Positions 40,801 through 53,129 of a stretch of 64,000 nt of DNA are shown here, piece after piece. The stretch is from the NCBI RefSeq assembly GCF_001194135.2, contig NC_068984.1, positions 65,418,713 through 65,482,712 of the forward strand, in the 5' to 3' direction. The translations under genes and the position numbers were made by a program. The first letter of the stretch is position 1, and each line of letters opens with the position of its first letter. Below the pieces are notes generated by a model that saw only the letters and a list, made by a program, of their open reading frames with translations, had not been told where the DNA came from and did not search any database. The DNA comes from Octopus bimaculoides. Taxonomy: Eukaryota.

Positions 40801-41335
40801 NNNNNNNNNNNNNNNNNNNNNNNNNNNNNNNNNNNNNNNNNNNNNNNNNNNNNNNNNNNNNNNNNNNNNNNNNNNNNNNNNNNNNNNNNNNNNNNNNNNN
40901 NNNNNNNNNNNNNNNNNNNNNNNNNNNNNNNNNNNNNNNNNAGAGAAGGGGAGAGAGAGTGGGGGGAGCAGCAATACGATTCAACCGAATTGCATAAATT
41001 GTTAGGTCCTACTAATTATCAAAGATCTCTCCTTCTTGAAATATATCTGGGAGATAATTACAACCACATCCTAACAATTATCTCGTCTCTTTAGAACTAG
41101 AAGTAACTTCAGCCCCCAACACTTATCATGCAGTATAATGTTCAGGCTGGCCTACAAATGATTACTGCTCTCACATTTGGACAGAGCAGCTTGTCTGTAT
41201 TTGTATGTGACTATCGTTCATCACCTGAAATGTTTGTAAACAGAAAATATTTTACCCACAGGAAATTCAAGGCACAATGAATCTGAGCAGGGATGTGCAC
41301 TGAACAAAAGCTAGACAACAACTGACGCTTTCCAG

Positions 41336-41437
41336 TTAATAATCTCAGCTTGTCACCAATCATTGTTGCTGGCTGGCATGTTTATTACTCAAGACACCAT
41401 TCATAGCCCGAGACATTTTATGTCTGAAAATTTGTTT
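41336..41437 (+). CDS. Candidate exon of the plus-strand gene starting at ~34.0 kb
   Basis: ctgacgctttccag|TTAATA...TTGTTT|gtaagt (branch point, acceptor, donor); open frame LIISACHQSLLLAGMFITQDTIHSPRHFMSENLF; may be partly UTR. Confidence 0.35.
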
Positions 41438-42482
41438 GTAAGTTGTTCTTGATGAGAAGCATTCATAAACAAAGATTCCAATGTGTGTGTGTACATATAT
41501 GTACTCACACACACACACACGCACACACATATATATGAGTATGTCTTCATCATTCCAAATATGCTTATCACCAGTGATATCTCAATTCTCTCTCATGTTC
41601 TTCCTCATGTCCTACAATATGAGAATCAGAAGCATGAAGTGTTTGGGGCTATGGGACAGAGTGTGAGAGAGAACCAATACATTACTGATGGGAAACATTT
41701 GGAATGATGAAGGCATACTTACCACAGATATGGAACACAAGAAAGTAATATGGTAGTGGACCATTACAAGTTCATAGTTTTCTAAAGTGCATTGTGATAT
41801 ATTCATTTGAGAGTCTGTTGGAATATTGCATAGATTATTCTATTGGATTAACCGAGATAAGAAAATGTGACATGGTCACAGACCTGACTTCACTGTACAC
41901 TTAAGCAATACTAGACTTTTTAGATTATCCATTTATAATATCCCTACTCAATTCTTAAGTTAACCATGATGATAAAATACTTATAGTGAATAATTTTAGT
42001 TCAAACATTATTCCTGTAACAACAGTTGTTTGTTGGTGAGCTGGACAAACTTTGTCCCATAATGCTGCCAATGGTAACTGTAATGTGTGTGTGCATATTT
42101 ATACACACACACACACACTTTAATTCTCACTTTCTGAGCAACTGCGTATGATAATGTATACACAGATACACACACAAGTACACATGAACATGTTCACACA
42201 GCCACACACATACAGCATACTTCATGCAGTTTCCATTTAACAAATTTACTCACAAAGCAACGGTTGATGCAAGGCTACAGTAGAAGACATGCGAGATACC
42301 ATGCAATATGTACACATATATCTAGTGATCTCTATTCCTTTCTCTCTGCAAAATGCACACACGCACACACACACACAAATACACACACCATGTATGTATA
42401 GTTTTAAAGACCATATATACACACATGCACGCATGCACACACATGTACACACATATCCATATAGACACACATAAATGTGTGC

Positions 42483-42630
42483 TGAATGAAGGGCATCCAG
42501 CCGTAGAAACTCTGCCAAATCAGATTGCAGCCTGGTGTAGACATCTGGTTTCACCAGTCCTCAGTCAAATCGTCCAACCCATGCTAGCATGGAAAGTGGA
42601 CGTTAAACGACGACGATGATGATGATGATA
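42483..42630 (+). mobile_element. SINE family A
   Basis: GAAGGGCATCCAGCCGTAGAAACTCTGCC...GCTAGCATGGAAAGTGGACGTTAAACGACGACGATGATG. Confidence 0.9.
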
Positions 42631-42690
42631 TATATGTAGAGAGACAGAGAGAGGGAGACATGCATATATAGACATGCACACACACAGACA

Positions 42691-42725
<35 letters not shown>

Positions 42726-43180
42726 TCTCACACATATGCATTTAGACATGCATACATGTGTGTGTGTGTATGCACACACACATTTATATAGACGTTTGTA
42801 CACAGGCACCCACTAAAACACATGCAAACACAATGTCTGCATTCTACAATAGCCCTATTAAAAAATATGCTCTGTGCTCTCATAATATTTCCAAGTTAGT
42901 GAAACATGGATTTCTTGATAACAAAGTTTTATAGATGACCAACAGTTTCATAGATCATTAATCAAAATATCTTTGGTTATTTATCAATTACCTCATGGGA
43001 AAATGTTCTCCATTTCCAATGAAATTCTATGAAGAATATCATAATTAATGTTGCTGCAGCCAAAGTGGAAATAGTACTTTAAGGCTAAGATCAAATTTCC
43101 CTGCTGAATATACTGGCATGCAATGTTTCCTTCTACTGCCTGCTAACTGTCAAAGTATTTGTATATTAGTATTATTTCAG

Positions 43181-43222
43181 TTTATATTCAAACATCTGAA
43201 GATCTGTTCTTCCATTATTACA
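43181..43222 (+). CDS. Candidate small exon
   Basis: attatttcag|TTTATA...TTACA|gtaaga, 42 nt, open in two frames. Confidence 0.2.
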
Positions 43223-43309
43223 GTAAGAATTACATCAAACTTCAGCATGTGCAGCTTGAAACAGTAGCTTTATTTGAATTATTTGAAGTTATGAGCAATA
43301 TACCAAAAT

Positions 43310-43344
<35 letters not shown>

Positions 43345-43464
43345 CACACATATATGTATACAGGTATGTATATTATTGTCATGCTTCCACTAAACCTTTC
43401 TTTAACAGGATATTTACTGAAATATTCTGCTATGGGAAATATTATATACATGCANNNNNNNNNN

Positions 43465-43511
<47 letters not shown>

Positions 43512-44146
43512 AATATGTGTATGTGTGTGTGTGTGTGTAAACGTTTTGGATACACCTATGCACACTCACTTTCCCCTTGTTCTATGCTATTCAAACTGAA
43601 ATAAAATATTTTCCACATCTTTTTTACTAAATCAGTAGACCTTAACATTTGGCATGCAATATTCTTTTTCTTTTGTATATTCTCATATAGCTGTTGCCAT
43701 CTTTTCCCATGTCTCATTCTCACAATCCTTGTTACAGTCCTGTCTTTACTGAACCTTTTCGTAGCAGAATATTTCTTTAAATCTATTGGATTGCTAAAGG
43801 TTCCCTGCTGCAAAAGTGCCCAAATCATAAACTTCAGTCAGTAACTGATTAAAAGATACTCATATCCTTGTTTGTGTTTTTCCATATCTTATTCATTTGA
43901 TTTATTCTGTACTTAATCTCTCTCTTTCTCTCACTCTTACAATAAACACCTTGAAGATATTCAGATAATATTGTATTGCCATGAGAGACAGGAATGAGAT
44001 AGAAAACATGATCTCAAAATAGCTGGTGTTTCTTATACTTTTTTCTTTTTTTTAAAATGTAACTCACATGACTTTAAAAAAAATATCAGGCTAAGTGTTT
44101 TTCTACCATTTGTTTGTGTGTTTGTGTTTGTATGCAAATGTGTGTA

Positions 44147-44411
44147 TTAACCCTTTTGATAACAACCTGCCTGAAACTGTCCCTGGTTCTATGATACAAC
44201 CTTCTGGATTTAAAGTTATCTAAATAAAATCTTCCACCGAAATTTCAGGATAATTTGTTCCAAATGCGAATGTCAAATAATGACAGTTGAGTTAATTTTT
44301 CATTACTTTTAAAATTAATTGAAACAAAGTTGGTATATTTCAACAGAAATATGGTACGAAAAGAGTTATGTATATGTACAGATAAATGGAAAGGAGTAAC
44401 GAAAGAGTTAA
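44147..44411. mobile_element. TTAA-flanked MITE (piggyBac-like termini) with duplicated right end
   Basis: Begins TTAACCCTTTT; ends CGAAAAGAGTTA (44357-44368) and again CGAAAGAGTTAA (44400-44411). Confidence 0.6.
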
Positions 44412-45682
44412 ATATTTTCTTTTCAAGGATATAATGAAAATGAAACTCATTTTCATAGCTTGCTTTTTTTATAACTTAACATCAACTACGTCCAGAAAAA
44501 TTTATTTAATTACATTATAATTATTCTTAATTGATAGAAAATAAATCAGAAACAAATCATATACGGAAAACAAAAGGTTTTCAAAACTGAAGAATAATAG
44601 AGACCACACACTCATACACTAAAAATATTTTTGATATATTTTATAAAGAAATATTAAAGATTTCACATAAGAAATGAACTCATAACAATGACCAACAAGC
44701 CTTTGTAAGATATTCTGCTTTCTGAAGCTTATCTATCCCTTGATTAGTTGTTGCTTTTAATCTAATTTGTACTGCCTATTAGCTGACATTAAATTAATCT
44801 TTAAACAACCCTCAAAAACCTGTTTTTCTACAATATAATATTTGACGCTTTTAATTGAAGAAAAGACAGCATTTTATTTTAACACAAGCTATGTGGTAAT
44901 CATTTCACACCTACTTGTGTACATTTCTCATGAGCAAAAAAGACTGTGATTGATTGCAACTGACAAATCAGCACTAAGTACTGAAAGCTGGCAGAGAAAA
45001 CCACAAGTGTATGTTATTGTCAAAGGATATAATACCACTGTTAATTTTATAATCTGACTGATGATTGAAATGTAGCTCTTTTAATACAGATTGTAAGATG
45101 ACCATCATTTGTCAACCATTAGACATGATCTTCTTAGCTATTTAAATGTCAACAATTTAAAGCACTGAGAAAACTAAAAGAAGAAAATGCTCACACATAC
45201 TTGAGCAATTATGTTCTTAATAGCATAATGTAATACAAAATAGGAAGAGAATGGAGAATAAGCTTTTTGTTGTACTAATTGTTTATAGGAGTGTAAAAAA
45301 TCATTAACAAATTAATCTTTGCGTTCATAAAAAGAGAAAGAAAAGGAGCAGAAGAAAACTCAAAGCTTCTTACATAGGCTAATGGCGGAAGCTATATTAG
45401 TTGTTTATATACCTGATTCATAGGTGTTCTCAAAAAAAAAAAAAAAAACTATTAGAAAATATTCACGAAGAAGAAAAACAAGCTTTGTGCTACATTGTAA
45501 AGAAATAAAAAATACTTTTGTTATTAATACCTTTTCCTGTTTTCTGAGGTTTACCTATTTTTCAAGGATAACATCTTGAATGCATGAAAGGGTACTTAGT
45601 TTTATACCATGGAAATTTGAGCTCAAATCCTGCCATAGTTAATTTTATTTTTGACCCCTTTAGCATCGATAGAAATAGGTAC

Positions 45683-45722
45683 CTTCCATCCTTACTGAAT
45701 TCAGTCAATTCTATCCTCACCC
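45683..45722 (-). CDS. Candidate small exon with a WD40-like FSKDGR motif
   Basis: gtcagttttgtag|GGGTGAGG...GATGGAAG|gtacct: GVRIELTEFSKDGR; no partner exons found. Confidence 0.15.
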
Positions 45723-45954
45723 CTACAAAACTGACATTGAGACTAGTCAAGTGACTATTTAAAATAAAGGTATATTTTTTTTTTTAAATGGCATTAAAAA
45801 TATTTCAGAGTTGTATTGTTGTCAAGTGATATCTTGTAAAACTATTTGTTGAAACTGCAACAATTGCATCATGGAAGAGTGATATCAGCCATTTAAGAAG
45901 ATAAACAAAATGATTCAATTCACTTTATGTTTATTTCTTCACCCACTTCACTCT

Positions 45955-46130
45955 CAGAGTGGTTGACGTTAGGAAGGGCATCCGCACATAGAAACCTTGC
46001 TGAATCAGATTGGAACTAGGTGCAGTTCCCCCCCACCCATCAGGCATACCAGTTTTCAGTCAAACCATCCAACCCATGCCAGCATGGAAAGCAGACGTTA
46101 AACAATGATGATACTGATGATGATGAGGAT
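45955..46130 (+). mobile_element. SINE family A
   Basis: GTGGTTGACGTTAGGAAGGGCATCC...CCATCCAACCCATGCCAGCATGGAAAGCAGACGTTAAAC..(TGA)n. Confidence 0.85.
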
Positions 46131-46159
46131 GAGCCCTATCTACTCTAAATATTTTACCT

Positions 46160-46480
46160 TTTATTTTTTACTTCTTTCAGACAGTAGACTACAGTCATCC
46201 TGGAGCACCACTTTCAAGAGTTCATTCAAACAGATCCACCTCAGTGCTTAAGGCTGGTACTTATTCTATGAGTCTCTTTTGCTCAACTGTTACAGGAATG
46301 TAAACAAACCAACATCGTTTGTCAAATAAACACAACACAAGCACGACACACACCCACACAAGCTTTCTCACAGCGTCTGTCTAACAAATTCACTCACAAG
46401 GCATTGATCAGCCTGTAGAAGACACTTGTCCAAGCTGTCACACAGTGGGATTGAATCTGAAACCCACATGACTGCACTTA
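46160..46480 (-). mobile_element. SINE family B, degenerate
   Basis: Reverse complement of the family B head and tail motifs (GACACTTGTCCAAG, CACAGTGGGATTGAA, CCTGGAGCACCAC). Confidence 0.75.
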
Positions 46481-46534
46481 TAAACTTCTGAGAAGTTAGT
46501 GACTAGAATACAAAAGCGTAATGACATGTTTTTG

Positions 46535-46683
46535 ACATTATTTACATTATTTACAATTGATGGATATTTGTCCTCATCTTGTTTGTTGTTAACACAACAT
46601 TTTGGCTGATATACCATCCAGCCTTCATCAGGTGTCTTGGGGAAATTTTGAACCTGGGTTCTCATTCCTAAGGTATTTTTCAA

Positions 46684-46725
<42 letters not shown>

Positions 46726-46827
46726 CATTATTATTATTATTATCCTTATTATTCAGGTCACTGTCTGGAATCGAACTCGGAATCTTGGGGTTTGTAGCCT
46801 GCACTCTTAACCACTAGGCCATATGCC
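46535..46827 (-). mobile_element. tRNA-headed SINE-like element with internal (AAT)n and a Penelope-type hammerhead-containing 3' region
   Basis: Minus strand: GGCATATGGCCTAGTGGTTAAGAGTGCAGGCTAC..GAGTTCGATTCC (A and B boxes), (AAT)n, body, then GACAC-CTGATGA-A-GGCTG-N10-CAGCC-AAAA-TGTT-GTGTT. Confidence 0.75.
46589..46636 (-). ncRNA. Minimal type I hammerhead ribozyme motif, copy 1 (GAAA mutated to AAAA)
   Basis: Stem I GACAC/GUGUU, core CUGAUGA plus an extra A, stem II GGCUG/CAGCC, quasi-palindromic stem III AUGU, predicted cleavage triplet GUU. Confidence 0.65.
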
Positions 46828-46870
46828 TGATGAAAGCTGGAGGGTATATCAGCCGAAATGTTGTGTTAAC
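46826..46870 (+). ncRNA. Minimal hammerhead ribozyme motif, copy 2 (GAAA intact, stem I 5' strand replaced)
   Basis: CCTGATGA-A-AGCTG-GAGGGTATAT-CAGCC-GAAA-TGTT-GTGTTAAC; part of a 98-nt inverted duplicate of 46535-46632. Confidence 0.65.
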
Positions 46871-48854
46871 AACAAACAAGATGAAGACAAATATCCATCA
46901 ATCGTAAATAATGTAAATAATGTACATAATTCCTAATCTCTTAAATATAGAAAATATTTTTGACAGTTTAGAGTAAACAGTAAGAAGAGAATCAAAAGTG
47001 GAATATAACAAGTTTTGTGCATTCTTAATTGGTCAAACTAAAATGACTCTTCCATGATACAAGTGGAAGGAAAATATTTTCTTTTAACAGATTAAAAATA
47101 TCACTTTGTTTTAGAGAATGAAAATAAAAATTAAAGTAGAAGCTAATCAAAAAGCATTGAATTACTAGCCATTCTCTGTATTTCTACAGATTTCAAAGCA
47201 ACAATAAATGATCTATCCAAAGAAAGATACTTAAATCTCAATGGTCAAGTCAATGCAACTAATTAATTATCACAAGGTGTGTAGATAATAATTACAAGCA
47301 GCAGGCTACACTAAAATTGACAAGAATTTCATTTGTAAGGAGTTGAATACAATTCTCCCAATAAGTACATCTTGGAGAAGCAAGTACAGATTTGCTCTTG
47401 ATAAATTGCTTAAAGACAAAGTCTGTAATAAAGACTCTAAAATCTAATATCTAAATTTAAGAACTGGTTAGAATTAAGCTCATAACTATATCAATGTTCA
47501 AAACATTTGCACCCTTTAGATGAAATCATATTCAAGCATGTTGATTGCTAATGTCACTGGGGAAAGTATGGCCTTCACAACAGCAGTGAAACTTTAAAAA
47601 GTACACTAATTATAGGGTAAGCATAGGACTTAGAGCAGTGAACTACACCTGCACATGATAAATAGCAAGAGTTATTTGGTCATTTGCATAATGGTGAGCT
47701 AGAAATGAGATATTCAGTCATGTGTGACTCAACAAACATTTTATGCATCCTTTACCGTAATTGCACAAAATATATGATTCTATAAATCCTAATAATGCTT
47801 TAGAATTGGAAATTGGAAGTAATTTACTTTTTGTTTTAATTTCAGATGGTAGAATCCACACCAAAATGAAAGGGAAGGAATAAACTTCATCTGCATATTA
47901 TTAAGTTATTGGGGTAAAGAAAGATTTTTAAAAATATATAACAAAATATATAACAAGAATTACATCTGGTAAAAAAAAAAATGCTACAAATTGTGCCAGA
48001 AATCATGTTGCTACTGAAGATATCAATGCAATCATAGCATAAAAATAAATAAGCTCTATAAGTAGTTTTATGTCAACATTTTTTCTCACCACCAATACAC
48101 ACCAATACAATATTATATAAATAATTTCTCTATATGTGTTTGATAAATGTATGATCATACACACAAGCATACAGACTGAGCCAATGAATTGAGAGGGATG
48201 AGTGAGCTATTTTCTTTTCAAAAGAACTTCCAGATTCCCAATGAATTCACTCAATTCAAGTCAAATAGAAAAGAGCACTTATAATAATGAAGTTATAGAT
48301 TACAACTAAAAGCTATTATCAATAGCCTAACTTTTACTAAGTCATTGTTATTTTCTTAATGAAATGTGAACTAATGCAACATTACTCTCAAAATGATATG
48401 AAAAAACATCAAATGTATAGAAGGAAACTTGATATAAATACAATACAGACTTGCTGATAAGAAGCACTCAAATAAATTAATTAGATGAAACAAATGAAAT
48501 ATTTGGATATTCATGTTTTTCTTTTCAAATGATGATATTTTGGGCTAACTATTTTTTTAAACCCAACTTCATTTTTATAGAATATGTTTTTAAAATATTT
48601 GCTTTGCTTTTAATAGAAGAGAGTTATCAAGAGAGTATCAAGATTATAAATCTTTCAATTTATCTAAATATTTCAACATTATCATACCATGTATGCATGT
48701 TTGTGCATATGAATATATAGGTAAATAAACCATTCAATCCACTGCACCATAGTTTTACAGAGATATTTCTGCCGATACGTAATGATCCTTCATGGAAAAT
48801 TAGTGAATCAGCAATTTTTTCTTGTTTGATTACATTTTTGCATATCAAAGTCTT

Positions 48855-49070
48855 CAACATTTAAACCAGACATATATCTGAACCAAATATAGAACCAGCT
48901 TTGTATTCAAACTGTCCAGATCCAACCTCTCACACTTACCCTACAATGTCATTCTAAAAATAAACAACCACATCATTGAAATATTGAAACTACATTAAGA
49001 ATAATGTAAATAAGTATTACAATTGACAGAATAATCTATCATTCAGAGAATCTGAATGCTAAAGGTTAAG
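48855..49070 (+). mobile_element. Degenerate TTAA-type MITE
   Basis: Ends AATCTGAATGCTAAAGGTTAA; internal CACACTTACCCTACAATGTCATTCTAAAAATAAACAA segment I recognise as an octopus repeat. Confidence 0.5.
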
Positions 49071-50439
49071 TTAGTATTATTGTCTGTGCCATCAATTAGA
49101 TATGAATATTTTACTTAGTTCAGAATACCTGTGAGTGTATTGTAAGATATAGAATATATCTGTTAAAAAAAAAAAAAGAGGCAAAATACTTAAACTTATC
49201 TATGAAGGTTATTGCTCTGATAAAAATCAACAATATTATTTGGAGATATTTTTCATCTTCTGTTGCAAAGTTTGGTCGAAATATCGAATGATAAAATTGC
49301 ATATATCTGTATAAGTTTATATAGGCTTTAAGACAGCCTGTATGATTCTAAATGAACTGTACCTGAATAAGATTCTACTTGACTGAATTCATGATATTTT
49401 ATCACCAAGCTCTCTCACACACAAACTCCCACTATCTCTAGATATCATAATCCCAATATATACATACATACATACATACATATGCACGCACGCATGCACA
49501 CTAATATAGAAAATGCTTCTTCAGTTTGTGTCCGTCTATTTCACTCACAAGGTATATGCCAACACACAGCTATAGCAATGTACCAGTCCGCATTGTTCAC
49601 ATATTGTGACAAAATCCATTACCATGTGATTTCAATATGAACTTCATAATCACACAACTATACTCACAACTATTCTTAACCACACAGTTATACTGGCACC
49701 TACTCTTAACCACAAGTCATGCTTGATCCTATACTTAACCACATAGCCAAGTCTATACTTAAATATCCATGCCTACACCTATAAATTTATGAATAATCTT
49801 ATGTTCAACCCAGAAGCCACTAAAGAAAACTTTGTTACTGAAATTTCTCCTGAAGATATTCTATTCAGTGGAATAGAATTTGTATTTATTACATAAAATA
49901 TGACATAATTATACAATAATTTACAATACTTTCATATTAGAACATAAGGAGCACTCCATATTGAATATTACAGCAAAATACTTTTGAGCATATATGCAAT
50001 TAGTACCTTCCAAATTAATTAATGAGTGTTTCATTAACTTGTCATTGCTATTATTAGATTCAATGAGGTTGATCCTAAATGATTAGGTATAATGAAGATT
50101 ATTAACTGGCTCTAAAGCAGTTCTCTTATTAAATGTATCCTTGAAATAAATGCCTACAGACCAAGATTTTCAATGGATTTCAGAAATACATTCCTATTTA
50201 AATGCAACTGAATGAAATTTTAGGCACAAGTCATTGAATTGTTGAGGGACAAATTGTAAAGTTAGTAATATATTTAGTTCAACTTGATAAGTTACTGGTA
50301 GATAAAAAAGAAATAATACAATGCAATAACCACTCAACCAAAAGCTAAAATTATCATATAATTTAACTGAATTGAAAATCAGAAGCTGTAACTTCAATAA
50401 TATAACCAACCAATTTATTCCATAATTAGTGAATAGTTA

Positions 50440-50758
50440 TGCAGGGAAGAAGTTTGCTTCACAACTATGTAGTTTTGTGTCCAGTTCCATTGCTTGACGC
50501 ACTGGCCTAATGTCTTTTATTAAGCTTACCAATGCCTTGTGAGTGAATTTGATAAGTTAAAATTCTATGAGTTCTATTTTAAATACATGTGTGTTTGTCT
50601 CTTCAGTACTTGACAACTGATGATGGTTTGTTTTCCTCTAAAAAACAGATGATGAAATAACTACCAAACTTAAAATAAGCATTGGGCCAATGCTTTTGAC
50701 TAAATCATTTAGCATGGCTGCAGTCCAATGACTGAAACAAGTAAAAGAATAAAAGAAC
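50440..50758 (+). mobile_element. SINE family B, degenerate
   Basis: 3' GCATGGCTGCAGTCCAATGACTGAAACAAGTAAAAGAATAAAAG; 5' remnants GTCCAGTTCCATTGC and CCAATGCCTTGTGAGTGAATTTG. Confidence 0.75.
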
Positions 50759-51846
50759 CCCTGTAAATAATAATCTTATAAAATGTGAAGAAAAAAAACT
50801 ATATAGGGATCTAATAATAGTTCTTCATCTTTATTCTGTGGGCCATAAATTGCTATTGCACTTAGTTTGTTAAATGGAGCAAAAACATTACAAAATTGTC
50901 TCCATCAGTCCATCTGTCTCCTTTATTTATCAATGGACATTAAATAATTTCTAAAGTTTCTTATAGCTTATTCAAAGCTTAGTTGAATACCATAGGATGA
51001 CATTCTTCTAGTATACTGTATGACTTTATCAGATTAATAGCATGATTTAAATTATATTTTTATCTCTAAGCAGAGTTACAGTCATTCTACTACATATTCT
51101 ATTTGACAGCATATCATATATAAGGTTTCTAAAGGACAGAAAAAAAGAATATAAGCAACATAAATAATAATGGAGAATTATCTAGTTGAGGACATAAATT
51201 TCATTTCAACATCACCATCATCATTATCATCAACAACAGTAACAATGCTAATCTGCCAGGTAATATGAATAAAACAAAAATATTTTTTAACATACTGAAT
51301 ATTGGAAGAAGCATCAGAAAAATAACTATACATCAAGAATTATATAGTCATGAAAGTAATTAGAGAAGGAATGTCTTCAACATATTAAAATGATATATTT
51401 CAAAAGTAATTCTTATTTAATTAAAATACATAGGTTAATTTACTAAGACAGTTATAGTTATTGAATTTATTTTCAATTAAATTTATCCCTTATAATCCCT
51501 TGCTATTTGAATGAGGAGAGAGATGATGGGAGAAAGTTGAGAGTAAAAACAAAACACTATAGCAAATTTCTAATATTCTAATTTTCATTATATCAAGTTT
51601 CTTTCCATCAGTGTGGTTGAAATCTAAGTACACAATTGTGATGTTTAATGCAGCAGACTATGCTGATAAATGCCATTTCATATCATTTTCTAAAGTTGTA
51701 CCACTGGGCATCATCTATCAATAGTTACTGTGTGAACAGGACAGTTACATATCCTACAAATATAAACCACAGCAGGGTTCCTAACAAATATGATTGAACG
51801 AGACCATTTAAATCATGTTCACATACAAAATAGTCATAAAATGAAT

Positions 51847-51879
<33 letters not shown>

Positions 51880-52234
51880 TATGCTTACATATTCATGTAC
51901 GTCATTGATCAAAACATGGAGAATAAAAGAGGGATAAAATCAAGAAAAATACAATATGAGAAAATAAAAGAAACAAGCATAAAAGGAGTGATTTGATACT
52001 GTAAACCAATATTCATATTTCTGACAAACTGCACAAATATTTGTTAACATAGAGTGAGACATTATCAATTACTTTTGTACACCTGAATAAAATAATTGTC
52101 TTGATCATTAGTCATCTCGTAAAATAATGTAACTTGAATAGTTTCTACATACATATATAACAATAGTTTAAGTAAAGGTTATTCCTAACCCAGCAAACCC
52201 AAAAAACCTAGCTGTACCCATCCCATCCTTTTAT

Positions 52235-52314
52235 ATATACATCTAAGACCATATACATCTAAGACTATATACATCTAAGATCATATACATCTAAGACCAT
52301 ATACATCTAAGACC
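52235..52314 (+). repeat. Minisatellite, about 5 x 16 bp (CATATACATCTAAGAC)
   Basis: Direct reading. Confidence 0.9.
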
Positions 52315-53129
52315 AATGTAACCTTCATATATCTATCTTGGATGATATATGTACAACCAAATAGTCCAAAGTATTTTGCATGGTGTCATTGAGAACAGAT
52401 ATGATTGTTATTTTTAGCAGTTCGAGAGACTGCATAAATGCAACTTCATTAACTCATCTACATGTATGTTGTATGGGTACTTGTTAAAAAGAAATCCCAT
52501 AATTTCTTAATGTTACAGTGGGTCACTTCTTACTACTTAAGCTTTTTATAGTATTTTGAATGCAATTCAGCCTGATTGACTCCTTAACCTACAGTACATT
52601 TACAAAGAATTAAACTTTCAAGTTACAATATTCGACTAGTTGAAAACATATCACTATTTCATTGTGTATGCAGGTGTGCATAATTATGTGTATAGGTCTG
52701 TGTGTGTGTGTGTAATGAGGGTATAGATTTGCATTAATGCATATCTAACTGAACACAAGTGGAAAGTCTTTTATCCAATTGAATGTTGAGCATTTTCTAT
52801 ACTTAACAATGTATCTTATTAGAGATGCTACCAGCAGGGTGTGAATTATGAGTTCAATGAGGAACCTAGCATACAGTTAGATGTCCATTAACACTCTTTT
52901 CTCAGTTTCTCAACCATCTCCTGTTTATTATAGTTCTCGAGCCTATGAAAGAGGGATTCATGATGGTTTATTTATAGGAACGTCTACATGCTATTGACCT
53001 AGCTCTCATAGTCGAATCAGTCATAATAATAGTGAAAAATTCTGAATGTAGGTGTTAAAATAAATCTAGTTTACAAGTTTTAGTGAACAGAGGTAAAAAA
53101 TACAATACATTTAGAATACATCCATAATT

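Noticed and set aside
43556-43828. Protein-like minus-strand ORF (QGTFSNPIDLKKYS...HGKRWQQLYENI)
   Set aside because: It has an acceptor but only a weak donor (gtctac), no recognisable domain and no phase-compatible neighbours.
52235-52314. Possible CRISPR-like array
   Set aside because: Contiguous tandem units with no unique spacers, no cas genes, and a eukaryotic context.
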